Below are positions 31,001-39,427 of a stretch of DNA of 64,000 nucleotides, piece after piece; the first letter of the stretch is position 1, and the number at the start of each line of letters is the position of its first letter. A program made the translations under genes and the position numbers. The notes under the pieces were generated by a model, which did no database searches, was not told the DNA's origin, and saw nothing but the letters and a program-made list of their open reading frames with translations. The stretch lies in IMG/VR virus record IMGVR_UViG_3300008050_000035, positions 1 through 64,000 of that record; one strand, 5' to 3'. Origin of the DNA: an uncultured virus (IMG/VR IMGVR_UViG_3300008050_000035). Its lineage: Duplodnaviria > Heunggongvirae > Uroviricota > Caudoviricetes.

Positions 31001-33187
31001 TGCGGTTCCCGCTATTTGGTGTGTAAAACCAAAAGTACCTTTGCTAAACATGTCACTACTAATGTACGCAGCACCATACTTCATGTCTCCCAATCCAGAA
31101 AGTTCTGAAGCAAGCTCACCCAGCCTTTTGTCTTGTCTGTACAGACGGTCAATACCTGCTTGCCCGATATTCTCCATGTTGCCTTTAAAGCTAGCGCTAA
31201 ACATTTTAAGAAAATCCATCTTTCTAATCTGTTGGCCACGAAAATAAATCATGTCTTTCTTGTAACTGATGCCAGTACGATCTAAAGCAATATCAAGAGC
31301 TTCAGTAGCTGGATCCCGAGGTAAGTACTTTCTGCCGGAACCAGTCTCTCCAACATACAAATTCTGAGCCAATTCTTCTGGAGTGAATTTACCATTGCCT
31401 GCAAGAATGCGTGTCAATGTTTCACTAGCCGCATAAGCGTGTTTCTCTGGATTGAGAACAGAGAATTGAATAGGCTTACTTACTCTGTGAGACACTCCAG
31501 TGACCCCCATGCCAGAATCACCATAAGACTTACTTAAATGACCAGCATTAGAAAAATCAACAACCATCATCTTGTTTAAACCACCAGACGCATGAGAACC
31601 CCAACCCTGAGACACTTCACTAATGGCACGGTGTCGAAGCACTCCCGGACTGAGTTTACTCTCTCCAGGGCGAGTAAACTTATTTCGAAGACGATCTAAA
31701 GAAACATCAGAAGCCTGCCCAACACCACCTAGGTAAGCACCCCCAAACGTACGAAGAGAATCAAGAGAGTAGCTACTTCGACCAAGGACTTGCGCTTCAC
31801 GCGCAGTGATAGGAAGCTGGTGTCTGTCGACAGCAAACTTGCCATACGCACTCTGAAGAGCGCTAAAGCCACTTTTCGCTCTAAGGCCTAGTACAGATCT
31901 ACGCTCCTGCCCAAAGCCAGTAACAAGGCGCTTAGCGCCTACAGCACCACCCTCAAAATCACCTCCAGAACCAAGCTGAGCAATAAAACGCATCGCCTCA
32001 CCAGAGTCCATTGCTCCAAAAGTATGCCCAAACACTGCATTCGCACCAAGTGCTATTTGTCGACGTATATGTCTTCCGATATACCCAGAAGTCATAGCTG
32101 CACGATCAACGTGTTGAGTAGCCATGCCCATATTTTCCCTAAACGCCTTCCAGTCAACGCGTCCTTTCGCTGCACGAGAACCAATGTCTTGAATAAGATA
32201 ATCAGAAAAACTAGTCAATGCTCCGCCAGCCCTAAGCTGTCCAACCGTCATGTTTGCAGCATCAAGTCCTTGTTGCCTAACAAGCTGGTGTGCGTTTTGA
32301 ACATTCATGGCATGTTTTGGAGTCGAGTAAAGAGTGTTGAAACTCTGACCACTGCGAAACAATCCATGCTCGTGTAAGGGTACGCTAGCTACCCATTGTC
32401 CACGATTCAAAATTTGTGCTTGCCTAAACTGCCTGCCGCCTTCAGTAAAAGAGGCAACACGCATTTTGTAATCACCTTGAGACAGGTGGGCATTCAGACG
32501 CAAAGCCCTTCGTTCCCAAGGTTTGAGAGCTTCTTTAGCTTGCCTCCTGCTAAGTAAGGTTCCAACATCAATAGAATTGTAAGCAACACCGCCTTTTGGG
32601 ATTGAAAAATTAGGAGACTGAAGCTGACCGCTGATGTTTCTAAATTCACTTAAATTCTCTTCCCATTTTAAAAGAGTCTCGGCAGAACCACTATCAAGAA
32701 GAGATCTAGTAACTTTCTCGGCAAACTCTTCTACAGAGTTTGGACTAGCCTCACTAAGCAAACGGCTAATCTCTCCTTTCAGAGAGCTAACGGCAGAAGC
32801 ATTAAGACCACTAGCAGGATCTTCAAGTGTTACGGAAAGTGTCTGAAGAAGTGCATTGTGTTGCTCTACGGTGCCAATGATTTTGCGTAACTCATCAGAA
32901 TCACCAAGCCCTCTTTTAATTTTATCAACAACTTTGGCTGCACGCTCACTTCTGGCTTGTTGAGACTTTCGAGCTGCAAGGCCTTTGGCCTTGCCAATAG
33001 CCTGAGAAGGCGTAGCTTTAGAAAGAGGGTTGTTTAACGCCTCGTTTCTTTTAAGGTGTCTTTGCCCATGCCAAATACCAACAGCTACAGGGCTTAACCC
33101 TACGGCAGTCTTAAGTAGCGAAACACCACTTTGAACAGTGGTGTCAGCATCTTCGTGAAACTGGTTAAAGCGATCATTAGTAGCCAC
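28064..33187 (-). CDS. Putative single-chain two-barrel (double-psi beta-barrel) virion RNA polymerase
   Basis: 1707 aa, GTG start. Ordered motifs: YGDSG (D557), KMFSASFKG (K661/K668), AAYISSDMFSKG, GAARVGLE, NLARGKVRGS (K1054), SGRHPLI (R1149), AFMDMDGDT (D1281/D1283/D1285 at 29333-29347), QTGAMDVRL and EENVLLKAK. Confidence 0.72.
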   Translation of the reverse strand: MATNDRFNQFHEDADTTVQSGVSLLKTAVGLSPVAVGIWHGQRHLKRNEALNNPLSKATPSQAIGKAKGLAARKSQQARSERAAKVVDKIKRGLGDSDELRKIIGTVEQHNALLQTLSVTLEDPASGLNASAVSSLKGEISRLLSEASPNSVEEFAEKVTRSLLDSGSAETLLKWEENLSEFRNISGQLQSPNFSIPKGGVAYNSIDVGTLLSRRQAKEALKPWERRALRLNAHLSQGDYKMRVASFTEGGRQFRQAQILNRGQWVASVPLHEHGLFRSGQSFNTLYSTPKHAMNVQNAHQLVRQQGLDAANMTVGQLRAGGALTSFSDYLIQDIGSRAAKGRVDWKAFRENMGMATQHVDRAAMTSGYIGRHIRRQIALGANAVFGHTFGAMDSGEAMRFIAQLGSGGDFEGGAVGAKRLVTGFGQERRSVLGLRAKSGFSALQSAYGKFAVDRHQLPITAREAQVLGRSSYSLDSLRTFGGAYLGGVGQASDVSLDRLRNKFTRPGESKLSPGVLRHRAISEVSQGWGSHASGGLNKMMVVDFSNAGHLSKSYGDSGMGVTGVSHRVSKPIQFSVLNPEKHAYAASETLTRILAGNGKFTPEELAQNLYVGETGSGRKYLPRDPATEALDIALDRTGISYKKDMIYFRGQQIRKMDFLKMFSASFKGNMENIGQAGIDRLYRQDKRLGELASELSGLGDMKYGAAYISSDMFSKGTFGFTHQIAGTAKMFGVNHKTLRARAQALSDAGGGMLGKQGHQIYAQAAFELMQQRGVGAKNIGMMLAGVYHGAEGGGVGKGGIDQAKLQKMVRGLGAGSADALAAMRRGLVSFIDTVQVGPSAGDWGAARVGLERRFAQTAYERMLQLGMSKEQSVDAVAGIYTNKIGFGRHYALAEQMMGMGRSVTGHRNAVDAFTERGATRLKYSQFGDAFTEGGRSTGQMTDWLRTQKQGAILDFSDAPAHIGRAVQDVFGSSSMYMPGMEAYEAGSGTSVRIAGGQSKEVSAAYGQLVSGLQKRLADHATTGGDPLRESLKTWRSNALDLMSTSIANLARGKVRGSSSPRVSSYNLTTGAGFTSRQQGRVANQLFRSTGGTAVFADATMMLSELHGQKAGGTSSKQLAESARMFFTGMEHKAGNKRLGSGLIRVSGRHPLISAGNVFMSQVFRDLREVSALQGTDAFFNKIKGAQLQVFSGLDAAGDQQFKQMRGEEFMKSIFRKDIKSFADIAAATGDKGNDANRKFFRTLIDNIDQFTGGQGGGRMIVPRVLTAAGDIGLAPQAFMDMDGDTALSMMLDPKTSAIVRRRLAAQVGDPARLAMELQSRVLKGGVGTAIKKGMVSYGDTLGGGLDDKIVQDMMKEMGISQQTGAMDVRLRGLHEALGNYGANIDQIRAHRDILGALEENVLLKAKKLKVFVPLAEEVGGAVERLMSSPSQDSAEELRNVLKNKIFHNQNTSFKVGDIVGEGRTGQWAAEITKGRTLSVNIDNFVDASLKVANSAVAAGTNMPGTAKAMSHAFSAGPNMFIQALAGSNMETAGMAAFSDSPQHGMAGFSKGLGQITNLIDKLDKRMAAPIAMGAAASMFAMGAIGTPGYAATPLSAPGEYTSPQVSNAIAQGSLFKNSGGHIAPESLGRPSSDYGMIDRPINSGGAYMSRPSSYQIKGVLPNGFGLNGAMKYVGAMTGGNAAGSVRINDTRRPITRSYTDRLMGEY

Positions 33188-36100
33188 TTAAGTATCTCTC
33201 CATTGCTGTGCCAATATCAATGGCACGGTTATCATTGTAATCAACTTGTACAGTACTCATCATACCTTTCCATGGTGCTACATGCCAACTGCCACGACTT
33301 CCTGCAGTGCCAGTCATTTGAGTAAGTCCTCTACTCATAGCAGAACCTATCGGAACCCCAGGTTTGTTTTGTTGTAAGAAATCTGTACTCCCGTCTAGCA
33401 TAGGTTGTTGCATGCTTTTCTTGAGCTGTTTTTCCCATAAGCCGTAATCCGACAGCTCTGCACCCATCCTGTCGACATATCTAACCTGAATATCACTCAT
33501 GTCGACATCCTCATGCCAACCCACCCAATCTTCGGAAGGCATTGGCCCTTCTAGAGATCCAGCAACACGTGCTTCTTGAGCAGCTAAATGCGAATCGCTA
33601 ATAGCGTTATCAGCACCAGCCCAAAGATTCTCATCTCCAGAATCCATTCGGCTCCAAATTGCCTTGTAAAGGTGTTGTTGGTCGGCGGGAACCATCTCCA
33701 TAATACGATGACGATCTTTACCAGAAGCATGAGCGAAAGCATTGAAGAATTTTCTTTCACTATCAGGAAGTGTCCAGTACATACTTAGAGAGCTCCCTTG
33801 AGGATTCACACCAGCACGAGTATTGGCTTGAGCCCAGCGGTACTGTGCTGCTGCACGAGAATCTCCAGAAAGTTCTGCCTGTTCGCGCAACCTTGCCCAT
33901 TTTAGAAATTCTAATTTATCAAAGTACTCGTTTGCACTATCAGCCTTGTGTCTCCACAGAGGCTTACCTTCCCATCCCATCATATTTAAAGTGCTGTTCA
34001 TGGCTGGTCGAAACCAATCGCGCCATGGCTTATCCCAAAAAGCCATAGGTGTACCATATAGACGCTCGTACTCATACTGCTCAATAGCATCTCTGTCACT
34101 CATGAGTTTTTGCACGGGACGAAAGCCCATAGGTACGAGATATTCTCCTGGTGCTGTTACCCGACGTGCTGCTCGCTGTCCCGCAGCCCAAGCAGCTCGG
34201 GTTAATCCCGAGCCTGGTAGCCTGATAGCATTCTTGTGTAGTCTGTCATCACTAAATCCACTAACTTGCTCTGAGTGATTGCGATCCACTGCCTCCATGA
34301 AAGCAATTTGCTTCTCATTGTAAGCTCCCTCCATGCGCTGCTTGTACACAGCTTGCTTGTAAAGAGTGTATTCCTGAGAAAGTGGCGCTACGTCACTAAG
34401 GATGGCAAATCTAAATAAGGCGGGGTAAGCCTCTGGATCTACCCCTCGTAGTTCAGGGTGTAAGCCTGCATAGCCTGCACCTGGCAAGCGTCCTTCTCCC
34501 CATTCTATTGAGCGATATGGGTCTCCCCATTTGAACTTGTCTGGCAGCCAGCTAGGCATATTGTTGGCAAGCGGATTGCGACGATCTATCTCGCTACGCA
34601 TTCTAGGAAAGACGCGACGCAAAAATTCATTTGAAAACAATGCACCACCCATGTTCATCTCCCAGAAACGAACACGGCTGCTAGTCATCAAACTAGCATC
34701 TGCCAGCTGTTGGCTGTCAGCCGCCCAAACATCATCTCCAGTTAAGCCCTGCTGGATAACATTCTTAGCCCAGCCAGTCATACCTTCCAGCTCTCTGAAT
34801 TGGTAAGACAAAAAACTCAATTGATTGGTAGCACTGTAAGGACTTGTCGGCACACCGTGATGAGCTCCCAAAGCTGTGGCTGGCTCAAAGCGCGACCCTT
34901 TGTACACATTTCCATACTCAAGCCCACCATCTTGTCCAGGACGAATCCATTCGCCTGCATGCATAACTCTTGCAGGCTTGATTAGCCTGCCAATAGTACT
35001 TGAGAGCACACCGCCAATTATTGGCACGTCTGAAAACGCAGCATTACTTATGGGATAAGGTCTATCCCAATACTGCTGTGTTTCTAATTCATAAGTAAAG
35101 TTTTGACGAATCCACTTGCCTAGGGGACTTATCTTGTCCTCATCTGCACCCCAAACACCTTTCTCGCGCACTCTGTTCATCATGAGAGAATACTGATGTG
35201 GTCTGTAATAGTCTGTTTCACCACCCTCGAATGGAGTGCCACCTGCTTCCCACCACCTACTTGATTTAACGGCAACCATTTTTCTGCCAGAATAGATGTC
35301 ACGCAGATCGTCTGCAGTTTCCTTACTGCCTAACAGGCCACCAGTGAGAAGCTGATGTGTGCCAAAAATAGCAGCTCCGACACTTGCCCACTTGCCCAGC
35401 CGGCCTGCTGAACTGAATCCCATATCGCCAATTCGACGACGCAAAGCTTTGTCTGCACCGACATCTGCACCAAAGAAACTATAGTAGGCTTGAGTACCAA
35501 AACCTTTGGCTTCCTTCTTAAGGCGAGCAACCAGGTTGGGGGTGTCTCCATACTTGGCGCTAATGTCGCGCAACCTACGCTCTAGCGCTTCGTTCATAGG
35601 GTTGCCTTGCCTGTAGGTGTCCAGCTGCTCTTCAGCCCTGTAGAATGCAGTATTGAGGTCTTGCATCATCTCTAAACGCTTGTTGTCATACACACTGGTG
35701 CGCAAGTGTTTCATCAAATCGCGTCGTTGCCGAAACCCTTCATGAGGTAGGTTGTTAGCCAAACCGCTAACATTTTTATAATAGAGATCTCGCACATTGC
35801 TGTTTGCCAATTGTACCTGACGGACTTTGTCTGCCTGTAAATCTAATTTCAAGCGCCTAGGTCCAGCAGACTCAAGCATCGTCTGGGCTAGACTCATATT
35901 GCGACCAGGCAAACTAACACTGGTGGCCATAATGCCACCAGTTGCTAACAGCGCACCAGTTTCCCAATCGGTACTTCCAGGAGCGAAACCCTCAAGGGTC
36001 CGACGCAAATAATTGAAAGGGTTCAGTGCATTGGCACGAGCGACATCCATGCTGACAGCACCGGTTGCAACCCCTTGCATAACGCCTTGATCAAACCCAG

Positions 36101-37277
36101 GAAGAATCATTTGGCCAAAGAAACTTGCAGCTGCAGCAAACATAGCCGTGCGCGGCTGCTTGGCCATCTTGCCAACAGCATACCCGACACCGGCGCTTAC
36201 CGCCCCACTAGCAAGAATTTGCCCAGGCATTCCATATTGTCTTCGTACCCAATCTGCTTGGCTTGCCGCAAGTACAGTACTTCCAGCAAGTGCAGCCCTG
36301 CCTCCAAAACGCATAAACATTGAGGAAGCTGGACCTGGACGAACGCCAGGAGATACACCCAAAATACTTTTGAATGCCTTTCCACCAGACTCACCAAGGA
36401 ACTGATCTGCCACACCTGAGACAAGACGATTAAATCTACCCATTTCAAATGCAGCCACACCTCGAATCATCGTAGTACGTCGAGCCAAATCACTTAAGTC
36501 TTTAAGGTCTCCAACCGAACTAGGAACTGGCATGAAGCTAGCTTGTTTTCTAACCCACTTTCCAGCAGCATCTTGCTTTGAGCCGAGAAGTACTTCTTTT
36601 TCATTGAAAGCATCATCAGCATACATATCTGCAGCAGCAAACATGCCAGTAGCAATTCTATTGACACCGCGCTCTTTAGTGAGTGGGTTGACAACTTCAT
36701 GACTCATAGCCTGCAAAGATATGCTGTCACTTAATAATTTTCTATTGCCTCCAAGCCAATGCCCAGTACTTTCGTCTAGTCTTCCACCTAGCACGCTGTA
36801 CAAGTTCCCACTGGAGCCACGTGGCTCAAACACCATGGCGTCAGCCAAGTGCTGAGAAGCTCCAAGCATGCCTTCAGTGATTCCAGCTGCTGTCATGCCG
36901 GCACGATCAAGCCCAGTGGCGTACTTAAGCCAATTGTAAGTACTACTAGACTCAAGAGCTTCACGTCCCCAGACAGTAACGCCTTCCGTGCTGCCAGAAC
37001 CAACCTTATACCCCATGGATGTAAATGGACTTAAGATCTCAGGAACACGAAAAGTATTTAAAATTTGGAACGGGCTCAGATTCCCGCTAAGCCGAGAACG
37101 AGCCGCAATGTAGTCAATTGGACGCCGGCCATTCGACATAGGCTTAGTAGCTGCATACATAGCACCCGCACCAGCTGCAACCGCAACCGCAAGCTTTGTC
37201 ATCTGACTGCCAGCACTATTGTAAGGTTCTGTGGAGTCACCATTCCAGGTGACCCCACCATAAGACTTAAGGGCCAT
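33177..37277 (-). CDS. Tape-measure-like / ejected virion protein
   Basis: 1366 aa immediately after two tail-chaperone-like genes. The N-terminal half is G/A-rich with several hydrophobic helices; the C-terminal half is rich in W/Y/P motifs (RWWEAGGTPFEGG, YWDRPYP, GDPY...GEGRLPGAGY). Confidence 0.65.
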   Translation of the reverse strand: MALKSYGGVTWNGDSTEPYNSAGSQMTKLAVAVAAGAGAMYAATKPMSNGRRPIDYIAARSRLSGNLSPFQILNTFRVPEILSPFTSMGYKVGSGSTEGVTVWGREALESSSTYNWLKYATGLDRAGMTAAGITEGMLGASQHLADAMVFEPRGSSGNLYSVLGGRLDESTGHWLGGNRKLLSDSISLQAMSHEVVNPLTKERGVNRIATGMFAAADMYADDAFNEKEVLLGSKQDAAGKWVRKQASFMPVPSSVGDLKDLSDLARRTTMIRGVAAFEMGRFNRLVSGVADQFLGESGGKAFKSILGVSPGVRPGPASSMFMRFGGRAALAGSTVLAASQADWVRRQYGMPGQILASGAVSAGVGYAVGKMAKQPRTAMFAAAASFFGQMILPGFDQGVMQGVATGAVSMDVARANALNPFNYLRRTLEGFAPGSTDWETGALLATGGIMATSVSLPGRNMSLAQTMLESAGPRRLKLDLQADKVRQVQLANSNVRDLYYKNVSGLANNLPHEGFRQRRDLMKHLRTSVYDNKRLEMMQDLNTAFYRAEEQLDTYRQGNPMNEALERRLRDISAKYGDTPNLVARLKKEAKGFGTQAYYSFFGADVGADKALRRRIGDMGFSSAGRLGKWASVGAAIFGTHQLLTGGLLGSKETADDLRDIYSGRKMVAVKSSRWWEAGGTPFEGGETDYYRPHQYSLMMNRVREKGVWGADEDKISPLGKWIRQNFTYELETQQYWDRPYPISNAAFSDVPIIGGVLSSTIGRLIKPARVMHAGEWIRPGQDGGLEYGNVYKGSRFEPATALGAHHGVPTSPYSATNQLSFLSYQFRELEGMTGWAKNVIQQGLTGDDVWAADSQQLADASLMTSSRVRFWEMNMGGALFSNEFLRRVFPRMRSEIDRRNPLANNMPSWLPDKFKWGDPYRSIEWGEGRLPGAGYAGLHPELRGVDPEAYPALFRFAILSDVAPLSQEYTLYKQAVYKQRMEGAYNEKQIAFMEAVDRNHSEQVSGFSDDRLHKNAIRLPGSGLTRAAWAAGQRAARRVTAPGEYLVPMGFRPVQKLMSDRDAIEQYEYERLYGTPMAFWDKPWRDWFRPAMNSTLNMMGWEGKPLWRHKADSANEYFDKLEFLKWARLREQAELSGDSRAAAQYRWAQANTRAGVNPQGSSLSMYWTLPDSERKFFNAFAHASGKDRHRIMEMVPADQQHLYKAIWSRMDSGDENLWAGADNAISDSHLAAQEARVAGSLEGPMPSEDWVGWHEDVDMSDIQVRYVDRMGAELSDYGLWEKQLKKSMQQPMLDGSTDFLQQNKPGVPIGSAMSRGLTQMTGTAGSRGSWHVAPWKGMMSTVQVDYNDNRAIDIGTAMERYLSGY

Positions 37278-38005
37278 TAGCGCCGCCTGTGTGGTCTTCT
37301 ATTTGATTTGGCCTCGCTATCCATACTTTTCTGAATTTGTCTTAATTGAATATCTTTCAACTTCTTAGTTTGACGAGACTTCTTTTCCAACTCTGCGGGA
37401 TGCATATCTAGCGCATGCTTTCTATCACCAAATTCATCTCGAAGTTCCATATTCTCGCGCTTCATCGCATCCACACTAGTAGACTTCTTCGTTTGAGCTG
37501 CTGCTTCTTCTGCGCTCATAATCTTACTGGTGTCAAGAGGTTGATACTCTCCTCTGTTTTGAAGGACAGCTTCAGCCTCTACAAAGGTTCTCATTAGCTT
37601 TCTACGTGTCCAGCGCTCCAGTTCGTCAGGCTTGTAAGAAAAAGCCATAAGAACTACACGTTTAACAACCTCAAGAACCCCTGACTGATTGTATTGCGAC
37701 CTAGCTGCCTCGATTTCATCACGCTCCTCTCCAGAACAATCTCCTGACAAGTACATAATCAAACGACCAATACTCATAAAGATACCTGCAGGAAGATTGC
37801 CATTGATGGCACGAGAATCACCTACATAGCAACGGTCAAACACCTTGTCCCACAATTGATACTCATGCCATACACCTTGGTCGCGAAGCGTGCTGAACAC
37901 TCGGTATTCTTTCATCGTGAGTAAACGCCACGTGAATGACTGTCCCTCTGGAAGGGACGTCATGTACATGTCATCGCTGTCAACAAGAAGGTCAATGTCC
38001 AGCAT
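37277..38005 (-). CDS. Tail assembly chaperone (long, GT-like form)
   Basis: 242 aa with its own AAGGAGG ribosome-binding site. FTWRLLTMKEY is chaperone-like, followed by a YKPDELERWT helical extension; it lies immediately upstream of the tape-measure-like gene. Confidence 0.65.
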   Translation of the reverse strand: MLDIDLLVDSDDMYMTSLPEGQSFTWRLLTMKEYRVFSTLRDQGVWHEYQLWDKVFDRCYVGDSRAINGNLPAGIFMSIGRLIMYLSGDCSGEERDEIEAARSQYNQSGVLEVVKRVVLMAFSYKPDELERWTRRKLMRTFVEAEAVLQNRGEYQPLDTSKIMSAEEAAAQTKKSTSVDAMKRENMELRDEFGDRKHALDMHPAELEKKSRQTKKLKDIQLRQIQKSMDSEAKSNRRPHRRR

Positions 38006-38014
38006 ACAACCTCC

Positions 38015-38746
38015 TTAGAGCTGAGCAGTAATTACCATAGCTTGTTGTGGGGTGAGATGATAGCTGTGCAACATGACACTACCGTAAAGAGTTGGGATCA
38101 CACCACTGCGACTATTATAAAAGAATTCAATTTTCAGTTTGGGCCACAGTATGCATTGTTTGAGCACCTGCTCCATCATAAATTCTTCAGGATCTTTGTT
38201 CATGCCCTCTAGCTGTGCTTGCTTTGCCATAGCTTGTTGGATTTTCTGGAATGCAGCACGACGGAGATAGGTGAAAACATAAACATCACCACGACCCAGA
38301 GCCACAACTTGTACTCCATCCTGACCAAAGTCTCGTTTCCATCGAGCAATAGCAGCTTCAGATGGGGCACCCTTCTGATCAAAAAGCATTTGCCGAACAT
38401 GATCTTCAATAGCTATTTCTTCAGCAGGCGGGTCTTGTTCAGGAGCACGCTCAGCTTCTTGAGCAGCACGTTCAGCGGCAGCTGCACGCTGAATTGCAAG
38501 TTTCTCATCCATCTCTCTGTTAATACGATCGATTTCGTCTTCCACTTCTTGCTCCTCCATCTCGGTTCTTTCAGGAACCTCGCCTGCAAGCTTAATGCCC
38601 TTGGCTTCGGCTTGCTCAACGATTTCTTCGTTAAGGTCATCTATGTTTGCCAGAATCTGATCTGGAGTTGGTCCTGCTGTCTTTAAGCGACTAATCGCTC
38701 TAGCGTCTAGAGAAGGGGGATTTCCCCTAATGCGTCTACCTGCCAT
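38015..38746 (-). CDS. Tail assembly chaperone (G-like form) with an acidic N-terminal extension
   Basis: 243 aa. IARWKRDFG...YVFTYLRRAAF...VLKQCILWP...SGVIPTL; lies between the tube genes and the tape measure. Confidence 0.65.
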   Translation of the reverse strand: MAGRRIRGNPPSLDARAISRLKTAGPTPDQILANIDDLNEEIVEQAEAKGIKLAGEVPERTEMEEQEVEDEIDRINREMDEKLAIQRAAAAERAAQEAERAPEQDPPAEEIAIEDHVRQMLFDQKGAPSEAAIARWKRDFGQDGVQVVALGRGDVYVFTYLRRAAFQKIQQAMAKQAQLEGMNKDPEEFMMEQVLKQCILWPKLKIEFFYNSRSGVIPTLYGSVMLHSYHLTPQQAMVITAQL

Positions 38747-38758
38747 ATTGTTTGCTCC

Positions 38759-39427
38759 TTAAAAGCTAATTGGTGAATTTGGGTCCTCGGGGTCAACGGG
38801 AAGACCCGAAGGACGGTTTCTAAGCGAGAATACATCTCGCGCAAAGAAGTCGTAAGCTTCTACGACAACATCTTCGTCAATTCTAATCGCCTTTGACCTT
38901 CCTGTGAAGTGCACATCTACAAGAAGTACTGCAGTTTTACCCGCAGGACGCCCTGCGCTTTGCTGACCAAAAGCAATAGTTAAATCTACACCACCTGAAA
39001 TATCAAATGGATTATGTGAATTAACAATCGGACTGAAAGTATTTTGTGTAAGTCCTGAGTTCCAATATTGAGATTTCATACTCTCTACGAATGCTTGAGA
39101 CTGTGCATAGTCACTCACCATTCCGGTTAAATCTGCACCAACTCCTGAAACGGGATCAGAGGCAACATCATCTGCTGCAGAACCGCCAGTGCTCAATTCA
39201 ATAGCTCTGAAAAGGTAATCTTGATGAACGTAATTAACCAGAAGGGTTCCAGATACAATTACCTGACCAGCAGCTACAGCATCGTAATGCCTACTACTGT
39301 AGCCATAGATTGGCATCTTGCTATCTCTTGCTTCGTAGCTAATACCAGCAGCTTCTAAAATTGGCATACTATTAACAGAAACAATAACATTTGCTCCACA
39401 AAAATATTCAAAACCAAATGCTGCCAT
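38759..39427 (-). CDS. Tail-tube-fold protein (tube paralogue 3, probable tube initiator)
   Basis: YFCGANV, ISYEARDSKMPIYGYS, GQVIVSGTL and VVEAYDFFARD align with the tube protein. Confidence 0.7.
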   Translation of the reverse strand: MAAFGFEYFCGANVIVSVNSMPILEAAGISYEARDSKMPIYGYSSRHYDAVAAGQVIVSGTLLVNYVHQDYLFRAIELSTGGSAADDVASDPVSGVGADLTGMVSDYAQSQAFVESMKSQYWNSGLTQNTFSPIVNSHNPFDISGGVDLTIAFGQQSAGRPAGKTAVLLVDVHFTGRSKAIRIDEDVVVEAYDFFARDVFSLRNRPSGLPVDPEDPNSPISF

